Positions 10,449 to 19,454 of a DNA stretch of 64,000 bases are shown piece after piece. The stretch lies in the NCBI GenBank assembly GCA_963555985.3, contig OY820591.1, positions 2,528,001 through 2,592,000 on the forward strand, in the 5' to 3' direction. Positions within the stretch are counted from its first letter, which is position 1. Each line of letters begins with the position of its first letter. A program made the position numbers and the translations under genes. A model generated the notes under the pieces. That model had not been told where the DNA came from. It made no database searches and saw only the letters and a list, made by a program, of their open reading frames with translations. This stretch comes from Dehalococcoidia bacterium. Lineage in GTDB: Bacteria; Chloroflexota; Dehalococcoidia; Bin125.

Positions 10449-10492
10449 GACATGATCGGACACCCTCCGGCGAGGGAGAGGAGAGACGCCGC

Positions 10493-11836
10493 ATGACCCG
10501 AATCCAACTCACGCTCGCGCTGATCGCGGCCGCGGCGATCGCGATCTTGGCGGCCTGTTCCGGCGACGATCAGCCTCAGCAGCAAGCGCAGCCCCAAGCG
10601 CAAGTTCAACCGCAGCAGGCGCAAGCCGAACCTGCTCAACAAGCGCAGGCCGAACAACCGCAGACGGTCGCTCAAGCGGACGCCGACGGCGGACCGCTCA
10701 AGATCGGTCTGCTGCTTGACTTCAGCGGCGGTCTGGCCGAGTACGGCAACGAGATGCAGCGCGGCTTTGAGCTGGCGATTACGCACATCAACGCCGGCGG
10801 CGGGGTGTGGGGACAGCCGGTTGAGGTCGTGATTGGCGACACCTCGCTGGATCCGACTCGAGCGGTGGAAGAGGCGCGGCGGCTGGTCGAAGTTGAGGGC
10901 GTCCACGTGATCGTGGGGCCGATCGCCAGCGGCGTCACCCTGGCCGTGGTCGAATCCGTCACCGGGCCGGCCGGGATTCCCACGATTAGCCCCTCGGCGA
11001 CCTCGCCTCAGCTGACGGTGGCGGAGGATCGCGACTTTCTCTTCCGCTCAACGCTTTCCGACAGCACCCAGGGGCCGGTGTTGGCGCGGGTGACGATGGA
11101 GCGGGGCTTCGATAACGTCGGTCTGCTCTACCGCAACGACGCTTGGGGGCAGGGGCTCGCGGGCGCGTTCGCCGACGCCTGGAGCGGCGATCTGGTCAGC
11201 CTCGCAGTCGATCCGCAGCAGGCCAGCTTTCTCGCCGAACTCCAGCAGTCGGCCGCCGGGGGCGCGCAGGCGCTGGTCGTGATCGCCTTCGCGCCGGAGG
11301 CGGAGATCATGATCCGCGAAGCGTTGGAGCACGGCCTCTACGACCAGTTCACTTTCGGCGACGGAGGCAAGAGTCTCGATCTGATCGCGGCGATCGGGGG
11401 CGAATACCTGGGCGGGATGTACGGCACCGCGCCCGCTCCGGGTCCCGAGAGCGAGGCCGGGCGCGCTTGGGAAACTGCCTTTGCGGAGGAGTACGGCGAG
11501 CTGCCGCTGCTGCCGTATGTGAAGGAGACCTACGACGCGACGATCGCGGCGGCGCTCGCGGCGCAGGCCGCGAACAGCGTTGACGGCGGCGAGATCCGCG
11601 ATCAACTCCGCGCGATCGGGGGCGCGCCGGGGGAGATCGTGGTCGCCGGTCCCGAAGGCGTCACCCGCGCCCTCGCCCTGCTCGCGGAAGGCACGGAGAT
11701 CGACTACGAAGGCGCGGCGATCACGATGGAGTGGGACGCCAACGGCGACATCCGCCAGGGCTACGTCGGCATCTGGCGCTTCACGGCGGACGAGTCGTTC
11801 GAGGAGGTCGAACAAGTCCGCTTCAGCTCGGAGTGA
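10493..11836 (+). CDS. Liv-type ABC substrate-binding lipoprotein
   Basis: Lipobox LAAC; PLKIGLLLDFSG; TISPSATSPQL. Confidence 0.88.
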   Translation: MTRIQLTLALIAAAAIAILAACSGDDQPQQQAQPQAQVQPQQAQAEPAQQAQAEQPQTVAQADADGGPLKIGLLLDFSGGLAEYGNEMQRGFELAITHINAGGGVWGQPVEVVIGDTSLDPTRAVEEARRLVEVEGVHVIVGPIASGVTLAVVESVTGPAGIPTISPSATSPQLTVAEDRDFLFRSTLSDSTQGPVLARVTMERGFDNVGLLYRNDAWGQGLAGAFADAWSGDLVSLAVDPQQASFLAELQQSAAGGAQALVVIAFAPEAEIMIREALEHGLYDQFTFGDGGKSLDLIAAIGGEYLGGMYGTAPAPGPESEAGRAWETAFAEEYGELPLLPYVKETYDATIAAALAAQAANSVDGGEIRDQLRAIGGAPGEIVVAGPEGVTRALALLAEGTEIDYEGAAITMEWDANGDIRQGYVGIWRFTADESFEEVEQVRFSSE

Positions 11837-11877
11837 GCGCTCCGCGCGCTTGCCGTACCCGGCTAACGTCACTCCGA

Positions 11878-11908
11878 GATACCCGCGCTTGCCGCGGGTA
11901 TCTCGCCG
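11878..11908. repeat. REP-B variant between convergent genes
   Basis: gatacccgcgcttgccgcgggtatctcgccg; same core as 46677-46708. Confidence 0.7.
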
Positions 11909-12001
11909 TGAGCAGCACGGAGGCCGTGTACAGCTTCGGCGCTCCGGGAGCGGGGCCCCTCAGGCCGAAACGTCGGCATAGCGACTGCCAAGCTGAACGC
12001 C

Positions 12002-13057
12002 CTAGCGCGATGTGAAGACTCGCAGACGCTGCCAGAGACCGGATAACGGACTGCCGCCCGGCTGCTCATCGGGAGCTCGTGAGACGTAGCGGCTGACGCG
12101 GTTGCGCTCTGTGAGCAGTCCCTGTGGACGCCAGAGCAGGAAGACGATGATCAGCAGCCCGATCAGGAGCTGCCGCACCTGGAAGACGCGGGCGCCCAAC
12201 CAATCGGGCAGGCTCTCCTGGATCAGGGGCGTGCCGAACCAGAAGAAGCCCACCACGACCGCGCCGAGGATGGCGCCTCGGTGATTGCCGCTGCCACCGA
12301 CGATCAGCATCGTCCAGACGAAGAAGGTGCCTAAGAGATCGGAGAAGGTGAGCGGGGAGATCGTGCCCTGGCGATGGGCGAAGATGCCGCCGGCCAAGCC
12401 CATCACGAGCGCTCCTAGCACGAACGCGGCCATACGGAACCGCACGGTGTTCTTGCCGGAAGCGCGGGCGGTCTCCTCGTTGTCGCGGATCGCGCGCAGG
12501 GCGCGGCCCCAGGGCGAGGAGGAGGCGCGGGTGAGCAGCCAGAAGACGAAGAGCAGCAGCACCAGCGCAATCGCCAACTCGATCCAGCGGTAGTTCTCGC
12601 CCAGATTGAGCCAGTCTTCGAGGAATCCTTGCACTCCGTTCAAGCCGCGGCTGCGGTTGACCAGACCCTCGACCGAGTTGGCGATGCTGCGCAGGATCGC
12701 AGCGACGCCGATCGTGGTGATGGCGAGGAAGTCGTCTCTGAGGCGAAGGGTGGGGATCCCGAGTAAGAGCGCCAGCACCGCGCCGGCGAGCGCGGCGAAG
12801 ATCCAGCCGACCGGTACCGGCAGACCCCAGCCGGCCACGTAGGATTCGAGTCCCTCGGGCGCGGGCAGGGTGAGGACGGCGGAGACGTAGGCGCCGACCA
12901 TGAAGAAAGCGGCGACGCCGAAGTTGAGGATGCCGGTGCTCCACTGGAGATTGAGGGCAAGGGCGAGGATCGCGAAGATCGCGACCGTAGTGAGGAACCC
13001 GACCGTCCAGTTGACGGCGCCGTCAAAGGTGACGAGGGTGACGACCAGATGCTCCAT
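12002..13057 (-). CDS. livM: Branched-chain amino acid ABC permease (LivM-like)
   Basis: LRLRDDFLAITT, WGRALRAIRDNE, IVGGSGN, hydrophobic helices. Confidence 0.88.
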   Translation of the reverse strand: MEHLVVTLVTFDGAVNWTVGFLTTVAIFAILALALNLQWSTGILNFGVAAFFMVGAYVSAVLTLPAPEGLESYVAGWGLPVPVGWIFAALAGAVLALLLGIPTLRLRDDFLAITTIGVAAILRSIANSVEGLVNRSRGLNGVQGFLEDWLNLGENYRWIELAIALVLLLFVFWLLTRASSSPWGRALRAIRDNEETARASGKNTVRFRMAAFVLGALVMGLAGGIFAHRQGTISPLTFSDLLGTFFVWTMLIVGGSGNHRGAILGAVVVGFFWFGTPLIQESLPDWLGARVFQVRQLLIGLLIIVFLLWRPQGLLTERNRVSRYVSRAPDEQPGGSPLSGLWQRLRVFTSR

Positions 13058-13072
13058 GCGCGCCGCTCCCCT

Positions 13073-13999
13073 CTAGCGCTCTTGCCCGAAGAGGCCGCGC
13101 GGACGCAGCAGCAGGACGATGATCACGATCATGAAGGGCACGCCGGGTTTGAGCCCGGTGTTGATCCACTGGGTGGAGACCTCCTGGGCGATGCCTACGG
13201 TGAGGCCGCCGACCAGCGCTCCCCAGGGATTGCCGATCCCGCCCAGGACGACTGCCGCGAAGAGAGGCAGCAGCAGACGGAAACCGGCGTCGAAGCGGAC
13301 CTCGGACTGGATGCCGAGCATCACTCCCGCGAGCGCGGCGAGCGCGCCCCCGATGATCCAGGTACCCATGCGCACGCGGTCGGTGCGGATGCCGGAGGCT
13401 TCGGCGAGTTCGGGGTTGTCGGCGGTGGCGCGCATCGCCTTGCCGAAGCGGGTGCGGTAGAGCAACCAGTAGAGCAGCACGGCGGCGAGCAGAGTCATGC
13501 CGACGATGAAGAATTGGTCGGGCTTGACGCGGATGCCGCCGAAGATTTCGATGGCGGGGAAGATGCCCGGGTTGTAGCGGAAGTTGGAAGGTCCCCAGAT
13601 CAGCTGGATCAGGGCGCGGAGCATGATGCTCATGCCCAGCGAGGCGATGGCGAAGACGAAGAAGCCGCTCATGCCCCGAGTCACGGTTCTGCGCAGGCGC
13701 GAGTAGACCAAGCGCTCCAGGATCACCGAAATCAGAGCGACGCCGATCATGGCGACGAGGAGTCCGACGACGAGACCCCAGCCGAAGGAGAGCGAACCGA
13801 ACTGTCCGCCCTGGAAACCGAGATTGGCACCCTCGGAGGAGACGATGAAGAAGGCCAGGAACATCCCCCAGCCCATCTTGTCGCCGTGCGAGAAGTCGGC
13901 CACCTCGAGCACGCCGTAGACGAGCGTCAGGCCCATCGCGCCGAGCGCGACGATCGAGCCGACGATGATGCCGATCGTGACCAGTTGGGCGATCTCTAT
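13073..13999 (-). CDS. livH: Branched-chain amino acid ABC permease (LivH-like), probable non-canonical ATA start
   Basis: GLTLVYG, FGKAMRATADN, AVVLGGIG. The typical N-terminus EIAQLVTIGIIVGSIVALGA lies in-frame upstream of the tracked ATG 13936. Confidence 0.85.
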   Translation of the reverse strand: MEIAQLVTIGIIVGSIVALGAMGLTLVYGVLEVADFSHGDKMGWGMFLAFFIVSSEGANLGFQGGQFGSLSFGWGLVVGLLVAMIGVALISVILERLVYSRLRRTVTRGMSGFFVFAIASLGMSIMLRALIQLIWGPSNFRYNPGIFPAIEIFGGIRVKPDQFFIVGMTLLAAVLLYWLLYRTRFGKAMRATADNPELAEASGIRTDRVRMGTWIIGGALAALAGVMLGIQSEVRFDAGFRLLLPLFAAVVLGGIGNPWGALVGGLTVGIAQEVSTQWINTGLKPGVPFMIVIIVLLLRPRGLFGQER

Positions 14000-14817
14000 G
14001 ACGCACCGCCTTGATCGCCAGTGCGACTCTCCGCCGCCTCGAGCTCGGCCCGTTCGAGCGTGCGCGCTTCACCGGTCTCGGCGTCCTGCCCGAGGAAGAG
14101 CCGGCCGACTTCGGGATCGGTGAGCACCTCCAGGCCCGTGCCCTCGAAGGCGGTTTCGCCGTTCACCATCACGACGCCGCGATCGGACCAGGTGAGCGCC
14201 TCGGTCGCGTTCTGCTCGACCATGAGGATGCCGACGCCGGTCATGTGGATGTCGTAGATCTGGGCGAAGAGTTCGCCTCTGGCGGCGGGCGCGAGCGCGG
14301 CGGTGGGTTCGTCGAGGCAGAGCATGACCGGATCAAGCATCAAGGCGCGGGCGATGGCGAGCATCTGGCGCTGGCCGCCGGAGAGCCGGCTGGCGCGCTC
14401 GCGGGGGCGGCTTTCGAGATCGGGGAACATCGCCAGCACCTCAGCGATCCGTTGTCGGAGTCCCGCGCGGCGCATGTAGCCGCCCATCTCCAGGTTTTCG
14501 CGGATCGAGAGCGAGGTGAAGACGTTGTTGATCTGGGGCACGTAGCCGACGCCGGCGGCGATCATCTGGGGGGTCGTCCAGCCGCTCACGTCCTCTCGGG
14601 TAAAGCGGCGGCGGCCGTGCTCGTAGGGCAGCGCCCCGACCACGGCCTTGAGCAGAGTCGATTTGCCCGCTCCGTTGGGGCCGATGATGGTCAGCACTTC
14701 GTCCTGGTAGAGATCAAGATCGACGTCGTGAATGATGTCGATCCCGTTGACGTAGCCGCCGCTGAGCGACTCGACTCGCAGCAGCGGTTCGCGTCCGTCG
14801 CCCGCGTCCGTGCTCAT
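13996..14817 (-). CDS. livF: ABC ATP-binding protein (LivF-like)
   Basis: GPNGAGKST, LSGGQRQ, CLDEP, MVEQNA. Confidence 0.9.
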   Translation of the reverse strand: MSTDAGDGREPLLRVESLSGGYVNGIDIIHDVDLDLYQDEVLTIIGPNGAGKSTLLKAVVGALPYEHGRRRFTREDVSGWTTPQMIAAGVGYVPQINNVFTSLSIRENLEMGGYMRRAGLRQRIAEVLAMFPDLESRPRERASRLSGGQRQMLAIARALMLDPVMLCLDEPTAALAPAARGELFAQIYDIHMTGVGILMVEQNATEALTWSDRGVVMVNGETAFEGTGLEVLTDPEVGRLFLGQDAETGEARTLERAELEAAESRTGDQGGAS

Positions 14818-15665
14818 GTCCGCTGTCCGCTCAGGTAGGCGGCCTGTACTTCGGGATTGGAGAGCACCTCTTCGGGCGGGCCGACATCGAGCACTCGTCC
14901 CTGCGCCATGACCACGACCGGATCGCAGAGTTGGCGGACGAACTCAAGGTTGTGCTCAATGATCAGGAAGGAGAGGCCGAGCCGATCGCGGAGTTCGCGG
15001 ATGTGCTCGGCAAGCCGCCGCACGAGCGCCGGGTTGACGCCCGCGCCGGGTTCGTCGAGCAGAATCATGCGCGGATCGGGCATCAGCGCGCGGGCCAGTT
15101 CGAGCAGCTTGCGCTGGCCGCCGGAGAGTGTGCCGGCAGAGACGTAGGCCTGATGCGCGAGTTGGGTTTGCTCCAGCACCTCGTGGGCGCGAGCCTCCAG
15201 TTCGGCTTCGCGCCGGCGGACGCTCCAGGGCGCGAACCAGTTGCGCCAGACGGCTTCGCCCAGCTGTTCCTCGCCGGCGAGCATCACATTTTCGAGCACG
15301 GTCATCGATTCCAGTTCTTGCGGGATCTGGAAGGTGCGCACCAAGCCTTCGCCGAAGATGCGATGGGTGGGCCAGCCGGTGATCTCACGGTCGCCGAAGA
15401 AGACCTTGCCGCCGTCGGGTTTGAGGAATCCGGCGACGCAGTTGAAGGCGGTGGTCTTACCCGCTCCGTTGGGGCCGATCATGCCGGCGATCACGCCTTC
15501 TTCGATCTCGAAGCTGGCGTCGTCCACGGCGCGGAGTCCGCCGAAGTGTTTATCCAGTCCCTCCACGCGCAGGAGCACGCGCCGCGCCGCGACCGAGACG
15601 GAGGGGGCTTGGGTGAGGCTCTTGGCCGCCTCAAGGTCCTCGCCGGTGATCGCGCGGGCGCTCAT
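14814..15665 (-). CDS. livG: ABC ATP-binding protein (LivG-like)
   Basis: FGGLRAV, GPNGAGKTT, RTFQ, LLDEP. ATG 15665 overlaps the HIT stop (ATGA). Confidence 0.9.
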   Translation of the reverse strand: MSARAITGEDLEAAKSLTQAPSVSVAARRVLLRVEGLDKHFGGLRAVDDASFEIEEGVIAGMIGPNGAGKTTAFNCVAGFLKPDGGKVFFGDREITGWPTHRIFGEGLVRTFQIPQELESMTVLENVMLAGEEQLGEAVWRNWFAPWSVRRREAELEARAHEVLEQTQLAHQAYVSAGTLSGGQRKLLELARALMPDPRMILLDEPGAGVNPALVRRLAEHIRELRDRLGLSFLIIEHNLEFVRQLCDPVVVMAQGRVLDVGPPEEVLSNPEVQAAYLSGQRT

Positions 15666-16045
15666 CCGGGCGGCCAAGTCATACGGCGGCCGCCGAGCAC
15701 GTGCAGGTGCAAGTGCGCGACGGTCTGGCCGCCGTGCTCGCCCACATTGACGACCACACGCCAGCCGGTTTCAGCTAAACCCTCCTGTTCGGCTACTTTC
15801 TGGGCGGCCTGCATCAAGTGTCCCAGCAGCGCCGGGTCGGCCTGATCGGCCTCTTGTAGTCCCGCGATTCCCACGCGGGGGATGACTAAAACATGCACCG
15901 GAGCCTGGGGGTTGAGATCGCGGAAGGCGAGACAGCGCTCATCTTCGTACACGATGTCGGCGGGCACTTCTCCACGCACGATTGCGCCGAAGATCGTGTC
16001 GGAGGTTTGCTCTTGAGAACTCACGGAGTTGCCGCCTTTGCCCAT
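15662..16045 (-). CDS. Histidine triad nucleotide-binding protein (HinT-like)
   Basis: AFRDLNPQAPVHVLVIP, GQTVAHLHLHVLGGR. The start may be GTG 16024. Confidence 0.92.
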   Translation of the reverse strand: MGKGGNSVSSQEQTSDTIFGAIVRGEVPADIVYEDERCLAFRDLNPQAPVHVLVIPRVGIAGLQEADQADPALLGHLMQAAQKVAEQEGLAETGWRVVVNVGEHGGQTVAHLHLHVLGGRRMTWPPG

Positions 16046-16074
16046 CTTGTCGGAGGGCAGGGTAGCCTGTCCGG

Positions 16075-16842
16075 GTGGACGACCGCAGCGAACTCCCGAA
16101 CCTGGTTCTGCTCCGGCATGGGCAGAGCGACTGGAATCTAGAGAACCGCTTCACCGGTTGGGTGGACGTTGGCCTGAGCGAACGCGGGATAGCGGAAGCG
16201 CACAGCGCCGGTGAGCAGATCCGGGAGGCGGGGATCACGTTCGACCTGGCCTGGACATCGGTGCTCAAGCGGGCGATTCACACGCTCTGGATCGTGCTGG
16301 ACGAGCTCGACGCGGCCTGGCTGCCGGTGCATCGGGACTGGCGATTGAACGAGCGCCACTACGGGTCGCTGCAAGGTCTGAACAAGGCAGAGACCGCAGC
16401 CCAGCACGGCGACGAACAGGTGCATATCTGGCGGCGGTCGTTCGACATCCCGCCGCCGCCGCTTGGCCATGATCATCCCGATCATCCGCGCTTCGATCGG
16501 CGCTATCGGGGCATTGACGAGGCTGCGCTGCCCGCTTCGGAATCGCTCAAGATCACGCTGGATCGGGTATTGCCGTTCTGGGAGGCGGAGATTGCGTCGG
16601 CGCTGCGCAGCGGTCAGCGAATTCTGATCGCCGCGCACGGGAACAGTCTGAGGGCGATTGTGAAGCACCTGGACGAAATCTCGGACGAGGAGATTGCGGA
16701 ACTGAACATTCCAACCGGGATGCCGTTGGCGTACACGTTGGATAGTGAGCTTGGCGTGCGCAGTCGTCGCTATCTGGCGGGGGAAGAAGCTGCCGCTGAG
16801 GCCGCAGCGGCGGTCGCCGCGCAGGGACAGGCGACGCAGTAA
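16075..16842 (+). CDS. gpmA: 2,3-BPG-dependent phosphoglycerate mutase
   Basis: [42 protein letters not shown]. Confidence 0.95.
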   Translation: MDDRSELPNLVLLRHGQSDWNLENRFTGWVDVGLSERGIAEAHSAGEQIREAGITFDLAWTSVLKRAIHTLWIVLDELDAAWLPVHRDWRLNERHYGSLQGLNKAETAAQHGDEQVHIWRRSFDIPPPPLGHDHPDHPRFDRRYRGIDEAALPASESLKITLDRVLPFWEAEIASALRSGQRILIAAHGNSLRAIVKHLDEISDEEIAELNIPTGMPLAYTLDSELGVRSRRYLAGEEAAAEAAAAVAAQGQATQ

Positions 16843-16864
16843 CCCGTCATTCCCGCTCTGGCTA

Positions 16865-17005
16865 CACTGGATGCGGTGCAACTCCGCCAGTGGCGAGGTA
16901 TTGTGCCATTGGGCGGGCGAACGCTGGCCTGGCAGTCAATCACCAACGTTCGCCCTAGCGCGGGAACCGAGCGAAATTGGGACGGTTCCCGCGCTGCGCC
17001 CCAAT
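16865..17005. terminator. Multi-hairpin region between convergent genes (bidirectional terminator or structured RNA)
   Basis: Perfect 13-bp stem agcgcgggaaccg/cggttcccgcgct (16957-16995); second stem gggcgaacg/cgttcgccc (16915-16955). Confidence 0.5.
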
Positions 17006-17022
17006 CTACCGTGCCCTCCTCT

Positions 17023-17895
17023 TCAGGTCGTCACCGCCTCGCGGTATTGCCGGATCGCGTCGATGTGCTCGTCGATGTTGCCCAGGCCGGCGTTCATGGT
17101 GGCGATGGAGATGTGGCTGGCTCCGAGCTCCTCCCAGCGTTGGGCATGGGTGAGCCAGAGTTCGGGGTTGCCGCCGCGGATCTGAGCCTGCGGCTCGATC
17201 GGGAAACCGTCGGCGTCGCGGCCTTCGTCGCGCAGATAGCCGCGCAGACGCTCGACCATCTCGGCCGAGTCGGCGTTCGGGGCGCCGATCGGGAACCAGC
17301 CGTCGCCGATCTTGGCCGTGCGCCGGAGCTGGAGGTCGTGCGCGCCGCCAAACCAGACGGGGATGGTCTCGGTTGGCCGGGGGCGGATGCCGGCGGCGGT
17401 GACTTTGTGGAACTCGCCCTCGTAGTCGATCACGTCTTCGGCCCAGAGCCGACGCATCAGATCAATCTGTTCTTCCTGGCGGCGGCCGCGGTTGCGGAAG
17501 TTCTCGTTCAAGGCCTCGTATTCGACGCTGTTCCAGCCGCTGCCGACGCCGAGCCGGAAGCGGTTGTCCGAGAGCACCGCCAGTTGCGCCGCCTGCTTGG
17601 CGGCCAGCGCGGTCTGGCGCTGGGGGAGCACCAACACGGCGGTGGCCAATCCCAGCGTGGTGGTCACGCCTGCGATGTAGCCGAGGGTGACGAAAACCTC
17701 GTGGAAGGCGTCCTGATCGGTGTAGGGGCCGGGCAGCTGGTGGACGCGCGGATCCGCGCCGAGCACGTGGTCGTAGATCAGCAGGTGCTCGAAGCCCATT
17801 GCTTCGACGGCCTGCGCGTAGTCGCGGATTGCGCCCGGATCATTGCCGATTTCGTTGGTCGGCAGCACCGCGCCCAAGGTCAGATCGATCGCCAT
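17023..17895 (-). CDS. LLM-class F420-dependent oxidoreductase
   Basis: IYDHVLG, LVLPQRQTAL, RLGVGSGW, PVWFGG, GDGW. Confidence 0.88.
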   Translation of the reverse strand: MAIDLTLGAVLPTNEIGNDPGAIRDYAQAVEAMGFEHLLIYDHVLGADPRVHQLPGPYTDQDAFHEVFVTLGYIAGVTTTLGLATAVLVLPQRQTALAAKQAAQLAVLSDNRFRLGVGSGWNSVEYEALNENFRNRGRRQEEQIDLMRRLWAEDVIDYEGEFHKVTAAGIRPRPTETIPVWFGGAHDLQLRRTAKIGDGWFPIGAPNADSAEMVERLRGYLRDEGRDADGFPIEPQAQIRGGNPELWLTHAQRWEELGASHISIATMNAGLGNIDEHIDAIRQYREAVTT

Positions 17896-18048
17896 GTGGT
17901 CCTCTTCTCGGGGTCGGGATGGTGATCGGCAGAGTAGCGCCGAGCAGGGTGAGGCGGTCCGCTTCGAGCTCGCGGTCGTTGAGCGGGCGAGGGATCCGGG
18001 CGCTACGGGCGGGGTCGTCGCGCAACGACCGCGAGCCGGGAATGGGCG

Positions 18049-19263
18049 TCAGTTGCCCCGCCTCGCCCTGATTTGTCGGTAGGTCTCGACCACCGACCCG
18101 ACCTCTTCAACAGAGACGAGCCTCGGCTGCACGACGATCTGCCGGAAGAAATCGAGGTTCTCCGCCGGCGTGCCGACGATCCGTTGGGCAGTTGCGAAAT
18201 CGAAGTCGGCCATCAGCACGCCGACGGCCGTCTGGATCGAGGGATAGTCGTAGATGAAGAACAGAAGGTTGTCCGGAACGCCGCTGACGATCAGCGACTC
18301 CAGGTTGAGGCCGGCTGTGCCGACCGGAATGTCGCTGCCAGCCGCGGCCAGGTTGTTGGCGACCTCTACGCCAGTGTCGCTGTTGAGCGTGAGGACGGCC
18401 CCGATGTCACCGCTGAGGGCAGTGGTCAGCGCAGCGACGGGGTTGGCGGCGCTGGCGATGTTGACGCGGATCACGTCGCCGCCGTCATAGGCCTCCTCCA
18501 GACCGTCGCAGCGCTGGTCCAGGCCGATGTTCGTCGCTTCGTGGATGATGCAGACGATGTCACCGCTGACGCCCTGAGCGCTGAACTCAGCGGCGGCGAG
18601 TCGGCCGGCTTGCTGTTCATCGATCGCGACATGGAACCATGAACCGAACTCGTTGGCCCGATCGCCGCCGGAGTTGAACGTGGCCACGTAGACGCCCGCC
18701 TCCGCCGCTTCCTTGAGCGCGGGGCCGACGACGTCCGGATCGGGGATGCTGCTCATGATGATCCGGGCGCCGTCGTCGACGCAGTTGCGGATGGCGGCGG
18801 CCTGGCCGGCGCTGTCGGCTTCTCGGAAGAGGCGCAGGTCGAGACCGTACTGAGCCCTGACCCTGTTGACGACGGTCCCGGAAAGCACCCAGAACGAGTC
18901 GTCCAGGCTGCCGTGCGTGACGACACAGGTGAATGCGCCGTCGGCGTCGGCCGTGGCGGCCGATTCCGCGCCCGGCGTGGCCTCCTGCGGCGCGGCGAGC
19001 TGGACGTTCTCGCTGAAGTACCAGCGATCGGGCGTGGCGTCGGCGCTGAGGAAGCGGCGCTCAGGCGCGTGTGTGGTCCATCCGCCCTCGCCCTGCTCCT
19101 GGACCACAATTTCCGTGCGCCCGTCCTCGAGCACGCGAGCGCCCACGCGCACTTCTGAACCGCTCAGCGCGTCGGCCAGAACGAGCGTCGTCGCGCCGAT
19201 CAGGATGCCGACGATCAGCGCACCAATCACCCGAATGTCGAGTAGTTTGCTGTCCCGTGTCAT
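18049..19263 (-). CDS. Sugar-type periplasmic binding protein (Peripla_BP_4-like) with an extra N-terminal domain
   Basis: VVTHGSLDDSFW, VATFNSG, IDEQQAGRLAA, LDQRCDG. N-terminal TM helix; GGGAG RBS. Confidence 0.75.
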   Translation of the reverse strand: MTRDSKLLDIRVIGALIVGILIGATTLVLADALSGSEVRVGARVLEDGRTEIVVQEQGEGGWTTHAPERRFLSADATPDRWYFSENVQLAAPQEATPGAESAATADADGAFTCVVTHGSLDDSFWVLSGTVVNRVRAQYGLDLRLFREADSAGQAAAIRNCVDDGARIIMSSIPDPDVVGPALKEAAEAGVYVATFNSGGDRANEFGSWFHVAIDEQQAGRLAAAEFSAQGVSGDIVCIIHEATNIGLDQRCDGLEEAYDGGDVIRVNIASAANPVAALTTALSGDIGAVLTLNSDTGVEVANNLAAAGSDIPVGTAGLNLESLIVSGVPDNLLFFIYDYPSIQTAVGVLMADFDFATAQRIVGTPAENLDFFRQIVVQPRLVSVEEVGSVVETYRQIRARRGN

Positions 19264-19284
19264 AGCCGAGTACTCCCTCACTTT

Positions 19285-19385
19285 CTGATCACATTATCAC
19301 TCCTTAAATCACATGAAGTTCATGACATATCCACACAATGAATGCAAGAGAATAGTCACGAATTTATCATGAAGTGATAAAGGGA
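19285..19385. promoter_or_regulatory. AT-rich divergent promoter region with palindromic operator candidates
   Basis: CATGAA-G-TTCATG (19312-19324) and TTTATCA-TGAAG-TGATAAA (19363-19381). Confidence 0.5.
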
Positions 19386-19454
19386 CGATGGGGGTAGTTT
19401 GGCGGGTAGCGAGCGTGCGGCATAGGCTCAGGTCAGTACTCAGGAGTTCTATCC

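Noticed and set aside
19327-19335. ATATCCACA as a DnaA box or oriC
   Set aside because: Single mismatched box; no cluster, no dnaA/dnaN, and it is not at the skew switch.
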